Source: Paraspadella gotoi
Lineage: Eukaryota > Animalia > Chaetognatha
DNA: 64,000 nucleotides
Assembly: GCA_051294375.1 (NCBI GenBank)
Contig: CM119267.1
Location: 19,791,546-19,855,545 of the forward strand
Direction: 5' to 3'
A model generated the notes under the pieces. It saw only the letters and a program-made list of their open reading frames with translations, had not been told where the DNA came from and did not search any database. Both the position numbers and the translations under genes were made by a program. Each line of letters opens with the position of its first letter. The stretch's first letter is position 1. Below, one piece after another: positions 48,001 through 61,532 of the stretch.

Positions 48001-49901
48001 CTAAGGCCCAGGCTCATGCCCCAAAAACCGATTTTTGACTAACGGATTCTTCACTGAAACAGAATACATTCTTCAAATTTTTGTCCCTCTTAAATCTTCA
48101 ATTAAAAAAGTAAAATGGTTAAAAACAACTAAAAGAAAATAATTGATGACGCAAAATTCGAAATTCAAAACCTGAAAAAACAACTGGAAAAATAAGAACA
48201 ACCACAACAAAAAATACAACAAAAAATAATAGAGTTGACATGTAAAATCAAAAAATAGATGAACAAATGGACATGGAAACACAAAAAATACTACAAATAT
48301 TATAACAAAACCAATCTGAACTATTGCAAGATGCATCAACCCAAACGTTAAGGATATTCTACGATGCAGAAACGCAAACCGATCCTTCTCCCGATTCTTT
48401 TCCCGATTCTTCTCTCGACCCTTCTAACGATTCCTCTACCGATCCGTCACACCAAAAATCTCCGCATCCGTCTCCTGATTAAATTAGCGCTCTCTATGCC
48501 AAAGTCGAGATGATCAAATCCATGGTGGACAATCCCAGCTATGTCCCACCTTACCGCCGTCCTTCGCCAACCCGCAATGAGCGCCACCAACCTTTCAAAA
48601 GGAATATCTCTTGGCGACGCCTGGAAAGCTTTTCTACCGGCACAATTCCGCGTCTTATGGACTTAAAAGTTGAGCCCATCCGTGTCTTGCCGGGGGGATG
48701 TGTGGACGACACTACACCGATCAAGTGGCCAGATATTTTGGTCGAAGATTTTTACCATGATCTCTCTCTCTCTCTCTCTTTCTCTCCTGTGACTCGCGAC
48801 GCAGCAAATATGAAGTCTCCAACGATATATTGTTCGAATTTTCTTAGTTTTATATTTGAATCTTCCCAGATCTGTGCCAAAATTTTAATAACAATAATTT
48901 TTTCCTGAATGATATGAAGGATAATACTTTAAATCCTTTAATAATTTTCGATACTAATCACATTAATTATTATAATTAGAATATTTGTTTATTTATATCT
49001 TTTCCAAAAAAATATAAATTTTAAGATTTATTAACTGTATGTACAAATAAATATTAGTGTTGAGATAAGACAATGCAGATTTTAATTTTTTTGCCAATAT
49101 TTCGATTTATTTTGAGAAATCATTTGTCCTTTAATCTCATTTGCATATTATAGTGCAGGTTAAAATTTTAAAAACGTAAATATTCAATAATGCGCTATAC
49201 ATTTAAAAAAAATAACTTCATATACATATTTAAGTACATAGAAAGTACAGGAATCTCAGACAGGCAAGCCTAACTCGGAAATCGATCCGGCCCTACTGCA
49301 GATCAACTGCAGAGAAGAAATCAAAAAGGCAGCAGCAGAAGCAGCAGGAGAAAAGAGAGAAAAGAATAACCGCTGCAGAGCCAGCTGCAGACTCGTTTTT
49401 TTTCCATTTCCCTTTGACTATGAATCAGTGACTAGGGAAAAGAGAGAGGGAGAGAGACATGTAATTAAAAGAGAAAAGAGAGAGAGAAAGAAATATAAAA
49501 ATAAAAGAAAAAATTTGTTTGTTTTGATAAAACGTAAACAAAACATATTTAATAACTGTCCTGACTCAATTTTAAGCACATCGATGATGAGAAGCTGTAT
49601 ATAAATTTTCCGCTTCATACACCAAAATTTAATCATAAAAAAGGCGATCTAGAATTTGGAACGCCGCCGCCGCCGACGACAACGACGACGCCACTTATGT
49701 GCAAAACCACAGCAATATCGTCGCAAACGCAAAGCGATTGCGACGATAAAAATTATAAAGCCACAAGATAAATCCACCTCGCCCCCATTTACCTTTCTTC
49801 AGCTGCTTGTAATTGCAAGCTTGTTCAACAAGCTCTAAGATTTCTCTGGTCAGCTTAGGATCGGCCAAAGGATAGGCCTTAGGATTAACTTCGTCAGCCA
49901 T
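45012..49901 (-). CDS. SNU13: SNU13/15.5K/NHP2L1 (L7Ae family); exons ~49901-49792, 45502-45352, 45137-45012
   Basis: [14 protein letters not shown]...NYKQLKKG|[58 protein letters not shown]...IEKLLI*. Confidence 0.96.
45780..45940. repeat. Telomere-like minisatellite, unit ~CCCTAACTTACCCCTAA
   Basis: Read directly; CCCTAA hexamers alternate with CTTAC. Confidence 0.85.
46798..46807. other. Assembly gap (10 N)
   Basis: Run of n characters. Confidence 0.99.
47145..47226 (-). mobile_element. tRNA-derived SINE-like head
   Basis: Minus strand: A-box-like TGGCTTGGACAG and B-box GGTTCGATCCC at tRNA-like spacing; no clean cloverleaf. Confidence 0.5.
47608..48845 (+). mobile_element. Degenerate small LTR-type element
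   Basis: Direct repeats TGTGGA(T/C)GACAC(C/T)ACACCGAT(G/C)AAGTGGCCAGATATT at 47608 and 48701, with a second shared block at 47661 and 48819. PPT-like GGGGGGA just before the 3' copy. Confidence 0.5.
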
Positions 49902-50085
49902 TTTTTTGTAAAAAATTTAAAGATGAAAATGGAATGATGTGAATGTTTCTAGCGCCTCTCCGCTTTTTTAACGAAGCTTCACTGAGGGCCTAAGAGGGCA
50001 ACAAAATCTATCTGTAAATTAAAGTAACAATCTTTTACAAACGCCATAACAAACAAATTTAAAACCAGGCGATTGAAAAAAAAAA

Positions 50086-51147
50086 TCACAGATTCTCGAC
50101 TCTTCTCGTCTTCTTTCTCCTAATCAAGGGTTTTTCGTCTTTGGGCAAGGCAGATCGAGAGACTTCGTCGCCGTCGTCAACGCCCCGATCGAATCGAGCC
50201 AAGATGTCGCCGTAGATTTGGTCCGTCTCCTCGCGCGTCACCGAATTGCGGTATTGCAGGACGAGGTCGTACTTCTCCCACACTTTTCGCCTTCCGGGTT
50301 CCGTCAGTTTGAATCGTTCCATCTGGTCGAGATTAGCGAGAATCGTTTCCTGGTCGATGCCGCGGAATCCCATGTTCTGCCACTTTTGGGTCCAGGGGCG
50401 TGGCTTCATCTTGACCAAGAGGTCGTTGACGGGCACCTCCTCGGAAGAACCTCGCGGAATAGGCTTCATGTCCATCGGGACCGTGCTGTACTCGGGCAGG
50501 GCGTCTCGGAGGTAGTACATCTCGTCGTCGAGTCGACGCTCCAACTTGAGGACGACGATCTCGCGAATCATGGGATTATAAAGTTCGTACATGATCTCGA
50601 TACCTTGCTCGTCGACGACGTTGCGGAGGACGAAGCGATGGCGAAGACCGGGGTCGCCCTTGGCGATGCATATCCCGATGAACTTGGACAGTTTGGTTGG
50701 CGAATAAGGGTCAGCCACGGTCACCGACAAGATGGACCCCACGTAAAACTCGGGGATTTTCATGACGGCGCGGCGTTTTAAGAGGTCGACCCGCTCCAAC
50801 GATTCGCGAACCGAGTCACGGTGTCCCCAGTAAGTCGTCGGCACGAATTCGGGCATGGTGTACATGAGTCGATCCACTTTAGTTTCTGGTGGAGGTCGGT
50901 TCGGGTCGGAGGGAAGAGTCGTTTGCGAGGATTCCAGCTTCTCATCGACGGGACCGTCGAGTCCCTTCCCTCTTTCCCATTCTTTTTCGCGCTTACGATG
51001 ATACTCTGCGAAAATTGGACTGACGGAGCTGGAACGTCTCGTCGACGAAATCCGAGGGATCGAAGAGATCGGGACAATGTCGAATCGTTTTAAGAAGGAA
51101 AACTTGGAATTGAAAGAACAGGCGCGAAGACAGCAAGGCAGCGCCAT
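50086..51147 (-). CDS. MRPL19: Mitochondrial ribosomal protein L19 (bL19m), intronless
   Basis: PEFYVGSILSVTVADPY, FIGICI, FVLRNVVDEQGIEIMYELYNP, LERRLDDEMYYLRDALPEYST, KMKPRPW; basic N-terminal presequence. Confidence 0.93.
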   Translation of the reverse strand: MALPCCLRACSFNSKFSFLKRFDIVPISSIPRISSTRRSSSVSPIFAEYHRKREKEWERGKGLDGPVDEKLESSQTTLPSDPNRPPPETKVDRLMYTMPEFVPTTYWGHRDSVRESLERVDLLKRRAVMKIPEFYVGSILSVTVADPYSPTKLSKFIGICIAKGDPGLRHRFVLRNVVDEQGIEIMYELYNPMIREIVVLKLERRLDDEMYYLRDALPEYSTVPMDMKPIPRGSSEEVPVNDLLVKMKPRPWTQKWQNMGFRGIDQETILANLDQMERFKLTEPGRRKVWEKYDLVLQYRNSVTREETDQIYGDILARFDRGVDDGDEVSRSALPKDEKPLIRRKKTRRVENL

Positions 51148-51285
51148 CTCGTTTAAAGGGATAAACCTAAGAATGTAACGAATATTTAAAAACAATATCA
51201 TAGCAAAATGTAAAATCAGCGCATGATTTAACAGAGTAAAATTGTTGTATATTAAATTATACAGATTCTCTAATATGTTCGAGTT

Positions 51286-54041
51286 TTAACCGTCGTAAAA
51301 TCTCGGACCCCGCTCCCTGTCATTCTTCGTATGAAGTCTCCATGGCCTTCCCAATAATGCCGCCATTCCTTTCTCAAATGCGGTGAGTGCATCGTTTTTC
51401 GGCGGTTTATGAAGTTTGTCGCGAAAGAATACGAGGCGTTTCCAAATTGTTTTTCTGATGCGAACGACGATCTTGACGAAATGAAGACTGACCGTCGAAT
51501 CGAGCACAATATGCGTCAGATGCCGACATTCCCGAATGACTTTGACCGTGTCCGCTAACAGCGTCATCTTGTCCCGTCTTAGCGGAGAGGACGAAAATAT
51601 TCGGCTTAGACGAGATCTTGTTTGGTCCCAGTCCAAAATTCCCCACATCAAAACAGTAAAAAAGATAACATTACCCATTCTCGTCGATTAGTTCACAATG
51701 CACGTCCAAGCGCGTCAATGTCTGACCCCAAGCGAGAGCAATGCAACGGAGCGCGTAAAGCGTCGCCACGGCACCAGGAAGCCATTGGCAAGAATCAACA
51801 GGTACTTTGGGGTGAAACATAACTCTTCGTTCGCTGAACTTGGTAAAATCGAAAAATTCCACAAACGTTAACGTCACTTTCAAGGTTGAATTCGTTACAA
51901 AGATCTATTGCCATAGTCATATATTTTTTATAATATGCGACATTTTAGTAACATCTTGACCGTTATATGTATTCCATAATAAAAATACCTTTGGTTTTAC
52001 GGCTAAAAAACCTAACAATTCAAGCTATTTAAAGATTAAAAACGAATCTTTGCATCGAAATCAGACCCCGCAGGTAAGGCAATTTATCGGCCAGTGATTG
52101 CCAATAAGCTCCAGGCGGCAAACCGGAAGTTTGAAATGAGTCCCAACCATTCCAAGACGCTCTAAGGATAAGCCGCACTCTCTCCAACGTTCCTCTCCCC
52201 AACATCGAACAATAGTGAGGATCAAGAAAGAATCGATCGTCCGTGTAAGCCGACAAGGATAGTCGAAGTTCCATGAGATTAGTGAGACAATCGACCAGAT
52301 GAAACTCCCGGTTCGCTTGGGTGGTGTAAAGGGTGTGGCCGGAAGAAAATTCTTCCTCGCTCCACACCCACTGGTGACTCATGATACACCAATCAGATCG
52401 CCCGATGGACCAAAACTCTGGGTCTTCAAAATCAAACCAAAAGATTGAGAGTGTTCGGAGATTTTGTATCAAGTCGGTATTGCATTGGATCGCCAGAAGG
52501 GGATCAGTGGTTGACAAATCTGTCGAGGCGTAGTGAGCTTGCATTTCCGAGTAACTGTGACGACAAAGACTTAAAAATATACAATTAAGTTTGAAAAATG
52601 CTTTGAAAAAAATAGTGAAATTTAAGAAGCTCTTTCGGTATTTGTCGTCATAGTCACGTTTGCTCTATTATGGTGTCATCTTGCAATCTCGGCCACTTTA
52701 CAAGGTTTATCTCTTTGCAAGTGTCATCCAGGGCTTCGATGAGTTGAGCCACGCGGTCCAGCGCCGCTTCCGACCTCCTTAAGGGGTAATAACTTGAATG
52801 CCAAACTTCCTCTATGGCAAATGTGAACGAACGAACGCCTTGAAAAAGGTGAGCCTAATGAAGCCACTAAATCCAGTGTTCAATAAATCTCGATTTTTCT
52901 GGCTAAAAAATAAATTTATTTTTTTCTTTCTTCTGATTTTCTTTCACCTTGTTTTTAATTTGATTTTTTTTTTTGAAAATTCCATTTTATAATATTCTAT
53001 ATTTTTCTTAAATACATCATCGCAGGAGTATCAAAGCTATCAAAACCAAAATCGGATCGGATACTCCCTGCGATGATAATTATATTATGCGCGAAAGTAA
53101 TGTCTCGAGGCGACTAAAATTTCCCTGTGGGCAATGAATAATGCAATAACTTCACAAATACCTCGACATCGCTTTTGAGTTATGAGAGCGGAAAGAAGGA
53201 AGTCGAAGGGGAGTTCGAACATGTGTTTCCGCAGCAAGTATACGACTAATATTTTGGGAACATTCGCTGGCGACATAGGCGGAAAGAAATCAAGCAGCCT
53301 GTCCCGAAACTGGGGAGGCACGGACCTCGCGAGAAGGAGCTCCCCAGCACCCGCAGACAGCGTAGTCAAGTGATCGGGACGACGGGCTATCAAACGAACC
53401 TGACGCCACAACGACGGCGACGAAAGCGCTGTATGGGCTTCGATCGTCTGCTGGCGCAATTGCGAAAGGACTGGACGTGCGGATAAGGGCATGAAACAAA
53501 GGGACGCGTTCGGAATTGACTAATTTGGTCTTTACTATATAGTTTAAGTAAAACAATGCTTTAAAAAAGTTCAATGATTACAACTAAGAATTATTTTTTA
53601 AAAATTTATTATTTAATTTAATTTATTTTTAATTACGCTCGGCCAATTAATGATATATAACTTATTAGAGAATTAGAGTAAAGCGAATAAAAAGTATTTC
53701 AGAACGCGACCCTCACCTGAATAAAGACTTAACCGCTCTGCGATCGACAGATATGAAAAGATTGTTTCCAGCACTTCGTAAGGTAAAGAACTAAAAACAT
53801 TCCCGGTGACTTGGTCAGTCTCATCCGACAATCGAGAAAATAATGACCTTGGCGATAAAGACGAATCAGAGGACACGGCCGCGATGAGATTTGACTGGGA
53901 ATTTTCGGGCAGCGAAGTGACTCCGCCGGATGACGAGGAACGATCTGTCTCCGTCAGGGAGGAGTTGGACGTGTCCAAGGACCGTTTGTCCCGACCTGGA
54001 CAAACGTATGCGTCATCGCAAATTTTTCTCCGCTTCGACAT
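51286..54041 (-). CDS. F-box protein with LRR-like C-terminal region; internal exon structure only partly resolved
   Basis: FSSLPYEVLETIFSYLSIAERL spliced to ...ALSSPSLWRQV; downstream segments LRTLSI, LMELRLSL, CRHLTHIVL. Phase of one junction near 52555-52700 unclear. Confidence 0.65.
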
Positions 54042-54262
54042 GTTTAACTTTCTTTCACAGAAAGTCAACGCTACGCAAACAGACAGGACTGATGGTCTTT
54101 GGAAATTAAATCAGAAATTTTAAAACAAAACAGGAAGCCCCTTTATTTTTGTTTCAAAATTTAAGGTTGACAAGAACAAAATTCTGTAACTAGAAGTAGA
54201 ATAAACTAAACACGAAACATTGCAACTCTTTATTTTTCCGTTCTTTCACGTTCATTTTGCTA

Positions 54263-55298
<1,036 letters not shown>

Positions 55299-55550
55299 GG
55301 TTTTATAGAGTTGCGAAAATTTTGCAATAGAAAAGCCCCAAAAAAGTCGTTTTTAATTTAAATCTTAAGTTCTGAAAATTGTAAACGCAATAATAAACCA
55401 ACAATTTTTTTTTTTTAAATTTTCGAACGTATAACCCGCATTTCCCTCGATACGGATTAACAAAAGAGTTGATAAATATCGCATTAAGGCGAGTGGTTTC
55501 GGCGTTATAGTCTTGTGTAAGAACTAAAAAATCTCGAACAAAATCTTCAA

Positions 55551-58500
55551 TCACAAAACTTCGAAGGTAAACTTGGGTCCCTCTTCCTCGCTCTTTCTTT
55601 CTTCTTTCTTCTCCTTTCCTCTCAACTCTCTGTTTCTCTTCTTTCTCTCATCCTTCGACTTTTGTTTCTTCCTCCTTTTCTCTTTCGTCCGCGCATTGTC
55701 CCTCGCCGCCGTCACGACCGGATTCGAAGGTTTCAATCGATGAAGTTTTTCGATTTCCGTTTTCGCAACTCGGACGGCGTCGGCATCGGAGTCCGTCGAG
55801 GTCGTCAGAGAGGGTAAGTTCAAGCAGCCCTCTTTGGTAAGGTATCGACCCGAAAAGCCAATGGGAAAGATTGGCTTGGAGAGAAGGTCTTTCAGGCGTG
55901 ATTTCAGGCTCTAGAAGTAGAATAAAGTTAAGCTATGTAACTCAAACATACCGAATCATCTTGTTATAACCATATGATAAAAATCTTAAAAGCATAAGGA
56001 TCGTCGCAATTGTATAAAAAATATACATATGGACCCATAACAAACTTTGACACTCAAAAAATCAATTTTGATAAAGGAAAACTATGTTTTATATATAAAT
56101 CTATTAAAAAAGAGAGAAAGAAAGGAGAAAAGAGGGAAAAAAAGCCCCTGCAGAGCCAGCTGCAGACTCATTTTTTTCCCAATATATCAGCCTGGGGAAA
56201 GAGAGAGAGAGCTACATAATACATATAATTAAAATTTAATCATCAAAAAGGCGATCTATAAATTGGAACGCCGACGACAACGACTACGCCACTTATGCGC
56301 AAAAGCAAGATCGTCGCAAGATCGTCGCAAATGCAAAGCGATTGCGACGATAAAAACAAAGGTACCTTGAGTTCCCTCAGCATGAGATTTCTCTGATGCC
56401 TGGCGTCGTTCCTCGCTTCCTCGTCCCCCTTATTTTTTCTCTTTTTCGATGAAGCCCCGATTTCGTCGTCATCGGCGGCCACGATGTGATTTTCGGCCAG
56501 ATCGAATTCAAGCTCAGCCTCTTTGGCCTGAGTTTCGAACCATTCAATGTCCCGAAACTCTTTCTTCATGCGATGCTCGGCGCGGTCGATGTCCTGGGCC
56601 AGCTGCACTCGTCGTTTAATTCCGGGCAGAAACTTGGACTCGATGGGAAATAAGGGCAGATGCTCTGACTGAGGTAAAAATAGCATTACAAATGTCACTT
56701 CCGGGCGGAAACGTTTAAAGTAAGTTGTAAGTAACAAACCTTGTTTAAGTTATTACAAATTCGATGATAAAGCGTCGTTTCCTGAGGACCGACGAGCACG
56801 ACCGAAACGCCCTCATTGTTTGCGCGCGCCGTCCTGCCGCTTCTATGAATATACGTTTCTGAAGTACGAGGTACTTGATAATGCACAACGTGTTGAACGT
56901 TGGGAATATCAAGACCCCTCGCGGCGACGTCCGACGTCATAAGAAGAGCCTTCTCGCGAGCGGCGAATCGGTCCACGTTTTTCAGCCGTTGTCTTTGCTC
57001 CATGGAAGCATGGAGAGGAAGAGGCTCGCACTCGAGCAACGAGAAGAGCGAGACCAAGCGCCGGATGCAATCGATGCTATTGCAAAAGACCATCGTGCGC
57101 CCGGGAAATTGTTTGAGAAAGTAAAACAAGTACACGTCCTTTTCCTCCACGGCGCAGTTAATCCTGCATTTAAAAAAAAAAAAATTAATCACAAATAAAC
57201 GTAATTTTATTCCCTCAAAATTAAACCTAGTTTCAACGACGTTTTCTGCAGTGCCTTCCTTTCGAGACAAGTCGACGATGGCGGGTTTCTTACGAAGTCC
57301 GATCTCTTTGATTAACTTATCCAGCTTAAGGTCTACCGTCATGTCGATGCGCTTCTTGATTGATCGCCGAGGACCGGAATGGACAAAAGTTAAAGTGGCG
57401 GAGAAAATTAAAGTTTGCCGCTTTTTGTCCCCCTATAGAAATAATAAGAATAATTATTGAGGGAATACGTGGAAATGCTGACTCTTGTTTTCAACTATCT
57501 AAATTTAATACCTTATTCATGTGATTAATAATAGAGGACAGCTCTTGGAAGTGACCCCTCTCAATCATCCGGTCCGCTTCGTCGATGACCAGCATGTCGC
57601 AATAACGAATGGCGTCAAGATGTGGCTCAGCTTGCATCATCTCCCACAATCTTCCAGGCGTCGCAATGATGATTTCTGGTTTACGCTAAGTTTTAAGAAA
57701 CGATTTAAACCTCCTTACTTCAAAAATATATATAAAAAAAAACTAACTTTTAAGAGACGCGTCTGCTTTTCTTGTGCCATTCCCCCAACGACTGTAATCA
57801 CGTTGACGTCGCAATATTTGGCGGCGTCTTTTATGTGTTTGGCGACTTGCAAAGCCAATTCGCGCGTCGGCGTCAGCACCAGAGCGATAGGTGGATTGTC
57901 GTTTTCTTGGACTTTCGTCGATTCACTTTCGTCAAATACATCATTATCCTCAACCATCGTTTCGTCGCGTCCTTTCTCATCGACTTCCATCGCTTCCTCG
58001 CCCTCGACTTGTTCCTCCCCGGACGGGTCATTATCGATCGCGCTATACTTCGCCTCTAAATCATCTAAAAATGTTTGATATTTCTTCTCTATCTCCAAAT
58101 GCGATTTTATTTGCGTCCCGCCCATGTTCTTCATAAAGTCGAGAAGGGCGACGCTCGAAATTTGGGCTGAACCCGGATCTTCGCAGTCACTCTCTTCGCA
58201 CTGACTCGACGTGATCAAACTTTCGTCCTCAGTCGAATCTTTCTCTTCTTCTCCATCTCCGCCGACCACGAACGTGCTCAAATCCGTAATTTCTTCGATC
58301 TGCAACTCTTCGTCGTCGTCGTCGTCATCTTCAAAGAATCGATCCTCTATCTCATTACCTTCCCCGAATCCTTTTTTCCGTAAAGCGTGCGCGAGAATAG
58401 GGATTCCAAAACAAAGCGTCTTTCCGCTTCCGGTCTCGGCGGCTCCTATAACGTCGCGCCCATCCCTCACGGCCGGCGGTAAGGTCAGCGCTTGAATGGG

Positions 58501-59392
58501 CGTTGGTGCCGTAAAACCGAGCTCTTCCAAGGCGCGCATAACGGGCGGCGGAACGAAAAGGTCTTTCCACGCGCTGGCGTCTCGCGAAATGACGGTCGGC
58601 GCTTCAGAAGTAATTGAGTCCGTCGTATTTTTGAAGATTTTTTTCGACAACTTAGTCTTCGTTTTCCGATTTTTTTCTTTTTGCAGTTTCCGCTGATTAT
58701 CTTTATCACCACTCTTCTCCGTCTTTTCGTCCGATCCATCATCTCGAACGGCTTCGCCCTCTTCCCCAACTTCCGCCGCTGCTTTCTGAGCCTTCAATCT
58801 TCGCCTCTCCCTCTTGCTCAAGGCAGCCCGGCGCCGCTTCGAACCCAATCTCTTTTTCCGTTCGCCGTCGTTAACTTGACGACCCTCGTCGGACACCGCG
58901 GTTTCGATGACGGGACGAAGGGAGGATTGCGGCGAAGGTTGGTTGAGATCCTCTACTTTTGATGCCGCGTTGGAAATCAATTTTCCGCCAGTTTTAATTT
59001 TCTTTGTCTTGATGCGAGACTCGTTTTTCCTCGCCACCTCACTGCCGATTTTTTTTATTTTCGTCGTCGGTTCCTTTTGCTTTTGTTGCGCCGATTTCGT
59101 GACAAGCTATTCAGGAATGTGAAGGGAAGATGAAATTTATTAATTAAAAATCCATATAATACGTTTACATTAACCCTCCTTGAACCTTTTTTCTCTTTAT
59201 CTCTCCTCCCGAAGACGCTAGGTCGTAGTCGAGTAACTCTTCAATGAGAGTCACGCCTCCTTCGCCGAAGTCTCTTAACTGATTCAGATCAATTTCCAAT
59301 GAGGCCCAGTTTCCGCGCTCCACGAGACGCTTTTGCCCCGCGGAAGGGGCGCGCGGATGTTCCGCGGAGCATTCGCTAATTAGTTCCGTCAT
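55551..59392 (-). CDS. DDX24: DEAD-box RNA helicase DDX24/Mak5, multi-exon
   Basis: [16 protein letters not shown], long acidic insert, [56 protein letters not shown]. Confidence 0.92.
55982..56351. mobile_element. Short HINE-like family B copy in a DDX24 intron
   Basis: Both termini present: ATCTTAAAAGCATAAGGATCGTCGCAATTG ... ATCGTCGCAAATGCAAAGCGATTGCGACGAT. Confidence 0.75.
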
Positions 59393-59660
59393 AGGAAATC
59401 TATAGATTTAGTTAATTGTTAGATTCTTAAATCATAATCATTTTTGTGCCGGGAAGCATAAAAAATTGTCATTGATCACATTTCTGCAATTGAAAGTATT
59501 AAAATTTTATAACGATAAAACCTTCACAATTCAAACGGGAAGCGAACAAAAATTGCTCATAGTGTACTCTTTAAAAAAAAAAAAAAACGTTAAAGATGCC
59601 TAATAAAAGAAAACCAGAGCTTCGATGATGTCTCATTTTTCGCGGACCACAGAGTCCTCT

Positions 59661-61391
59661 CTACGACGTCGCGGTCTTGCCGTCCTTCTTCATGTGGCCC
59701 ATGAAGTTCTTCTTCTCCTCGTGGGTCTGGAAACGGCCGTGACCAAACTTGGAGGTGGTGTCGATGAGGGTCAGGTTGATGTTTTCGGTCGCGACCCTCT
59801 TCGTCTGCGGGATGAGCGACTTCCTCAGATTGAGAACGCGCTTCCTGATTCCGATGCAGGAACCTGGGTCCATCGAAAATGGATGAATGTAGTTTCCCGG
59901 GTTATCGGTTTGGTAGAATTCCAATGTATGTACGTGACAATCTAGCATTCTACATACCCTTAATCATGACGAAATCCTCCTTGACCATTCCGTAGTGAGG
60001 AAATCCTCCCATGGGATTGATTGACTTTTCGGTGATATCTTGCTCAGTGGTAGCGTTGTTCTGGACTACCTTGCCGTCCTTGGTTTTGAAGCCTTCGCCG
60101 ATGCGGTAGATCTTCTTGTTAATCTCCGTACGATGATGATATCCCTTTTGTCCGACGCGCGCCACCGAGTAGGCGACGCGAGAAGGATGCCAAGCTCCGA
60201 TACAAGCCACCTGTTAAAATACAGAATTTACAGACGGCCAATATTTGTTTTTGCAATTCGTGTGCTCGTTAGCTCCACAATACATTTTAATACGTATATA
60301 TAAAGCGAAACATATTTTCTAAGACATCAATATTGACAATAGTTACAAATGACGTACCTTTCGAAGTCCCTTATGGGTCTTGCGTGGCAGCTTCTTCACG
60401 TGCCAGCGGCCGACGACGCCTTTGACGCCGTGACCTTTGGTGACGCCGATGATGTCGATCATTTCGTCCTTAGCGAAGACATCCGTAATCGGGACAGTTT
60501 TTTCCATAAGGCCGCGGGCAAAATCGACCTTATTAAAAAAAAATTACTTGCGATTTATCAATCTTTATTTGGCTACTAGTCACCAGGCGACAGTCTAGTA
60601 GACAGAACAATCACAAAATTGAGGCTCTGTACCTTTTCCGGGATGGTGCCGCCGTTAACTTGGATTTCGTGAATATGCGCCTTCTTTTGGCGCTTGCGTA
60701 AAAGCTTAATCTGTGATAACATTTGAAAATATATAGTCGACAACTTTCTCTTTCAACCATCTACATAGATAGCTACAAATAGCTTTTAAAAAACATGCAC
60801 AAAGATTTGAGTCACCTGCGTGTGGGTGATGACCCGGATGACCTTGCAGTATTTCTTCATTTTAGCGAAGTCCTTTTCGATCTCCTTCTTGCCGTCCTCG
60901 GCAGACCACTTTTTGGTGTACTTGGTGAAGGCCTTTTTCTTAGACTTGTACCAATTCTTGTAAAACCTCCGGCGGCAATCCTCGGACAGGTGCTCAGCCC
61001 ACACGGTCTTGAAGGTTCTCATACCGTGCGGCGTCTCGATGTAACTTAATGGAACGAAATCGATCATTAGGACATTGAGATTGCACTTCTGAACTAATAT
61101 GAGCATTGAGAAAACGTACCCAACAACGCCGACGACCATGATGGGAGGCGTCTCGATTATGGTAACCGGTTCAACTACTTCTTTCTTGTTAACCTTTGAC
61201 CCAGGACGATCGACCAGACGGCAGACGTGGGTCATTCCAGCCTTGTACCCAGTGAAGGCCGTCAAATGAACCGGCTTCTTTGGGTCATCCTTGGGAAAGG
61301 ACTTAATTCTCCCCTTGTGGTTCTTGCATCGCTTCTTCGGCAGGAATCCCAAATTCCCGTGACGAGGCGCAGAAAATTTACGATGAGACAT
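59661..61391 (-). CDS. RPL3: 60S ribosomal protein L3 (uL3), multi-exon
   Basis: [69 protein letters not shown]. Confidence 0.98.
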
Positions 61392-61424
61392 TCTCGAAGA
61401 TGATTCCGAAAAACCTTACTTTTT

Positions 61425-61445
61425 CTAAAAAAAAAATAATGATTT
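61425..61445 (-). promoter_or_regulatory. Candidate trans-splice acceptor of RPL3
   Basis: T-run followed by AG about 33 nt upstream of the ATG, in a 141-bp U-rich spacer. Confidence 0.5.
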
Positions 61446-61532
61446 GGGAAAACTAAATTGCAATTGTAAATTATTGCGTTAATAAAATAAACGAAACAGA
61501 ATGAAATAAAACAATGCTCGAGAATCAAAATG

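Larger units (their letters stand above)
45537..49747. mobile_element. HINE-like family B copy (or copies) with nested elements, filling SNU13 intron 1
   Basis: Family B 5' end at 45537. The core is split near 46546 and resumes near 49300. 3' hairpin ATCGTCGCAAACGCAAAGCGATTGCGACGAT ends at 49747. Spans an assembly gap. Confidence 0.6.

Noticed and set aside
57891-58380. Long acidic insert in the DDX24 helicase core as a novelty
   Set aside because: An insertion between motifs I and Ia is a known DDX24 feature.
59661-61391. Intronic C/D snoRNAs in RPL3 (and RPS5), as in vertebrates
   Set aside because: The introns I read are under ~150 bp with no RTGATGA...CTGA pair on the sense strand.
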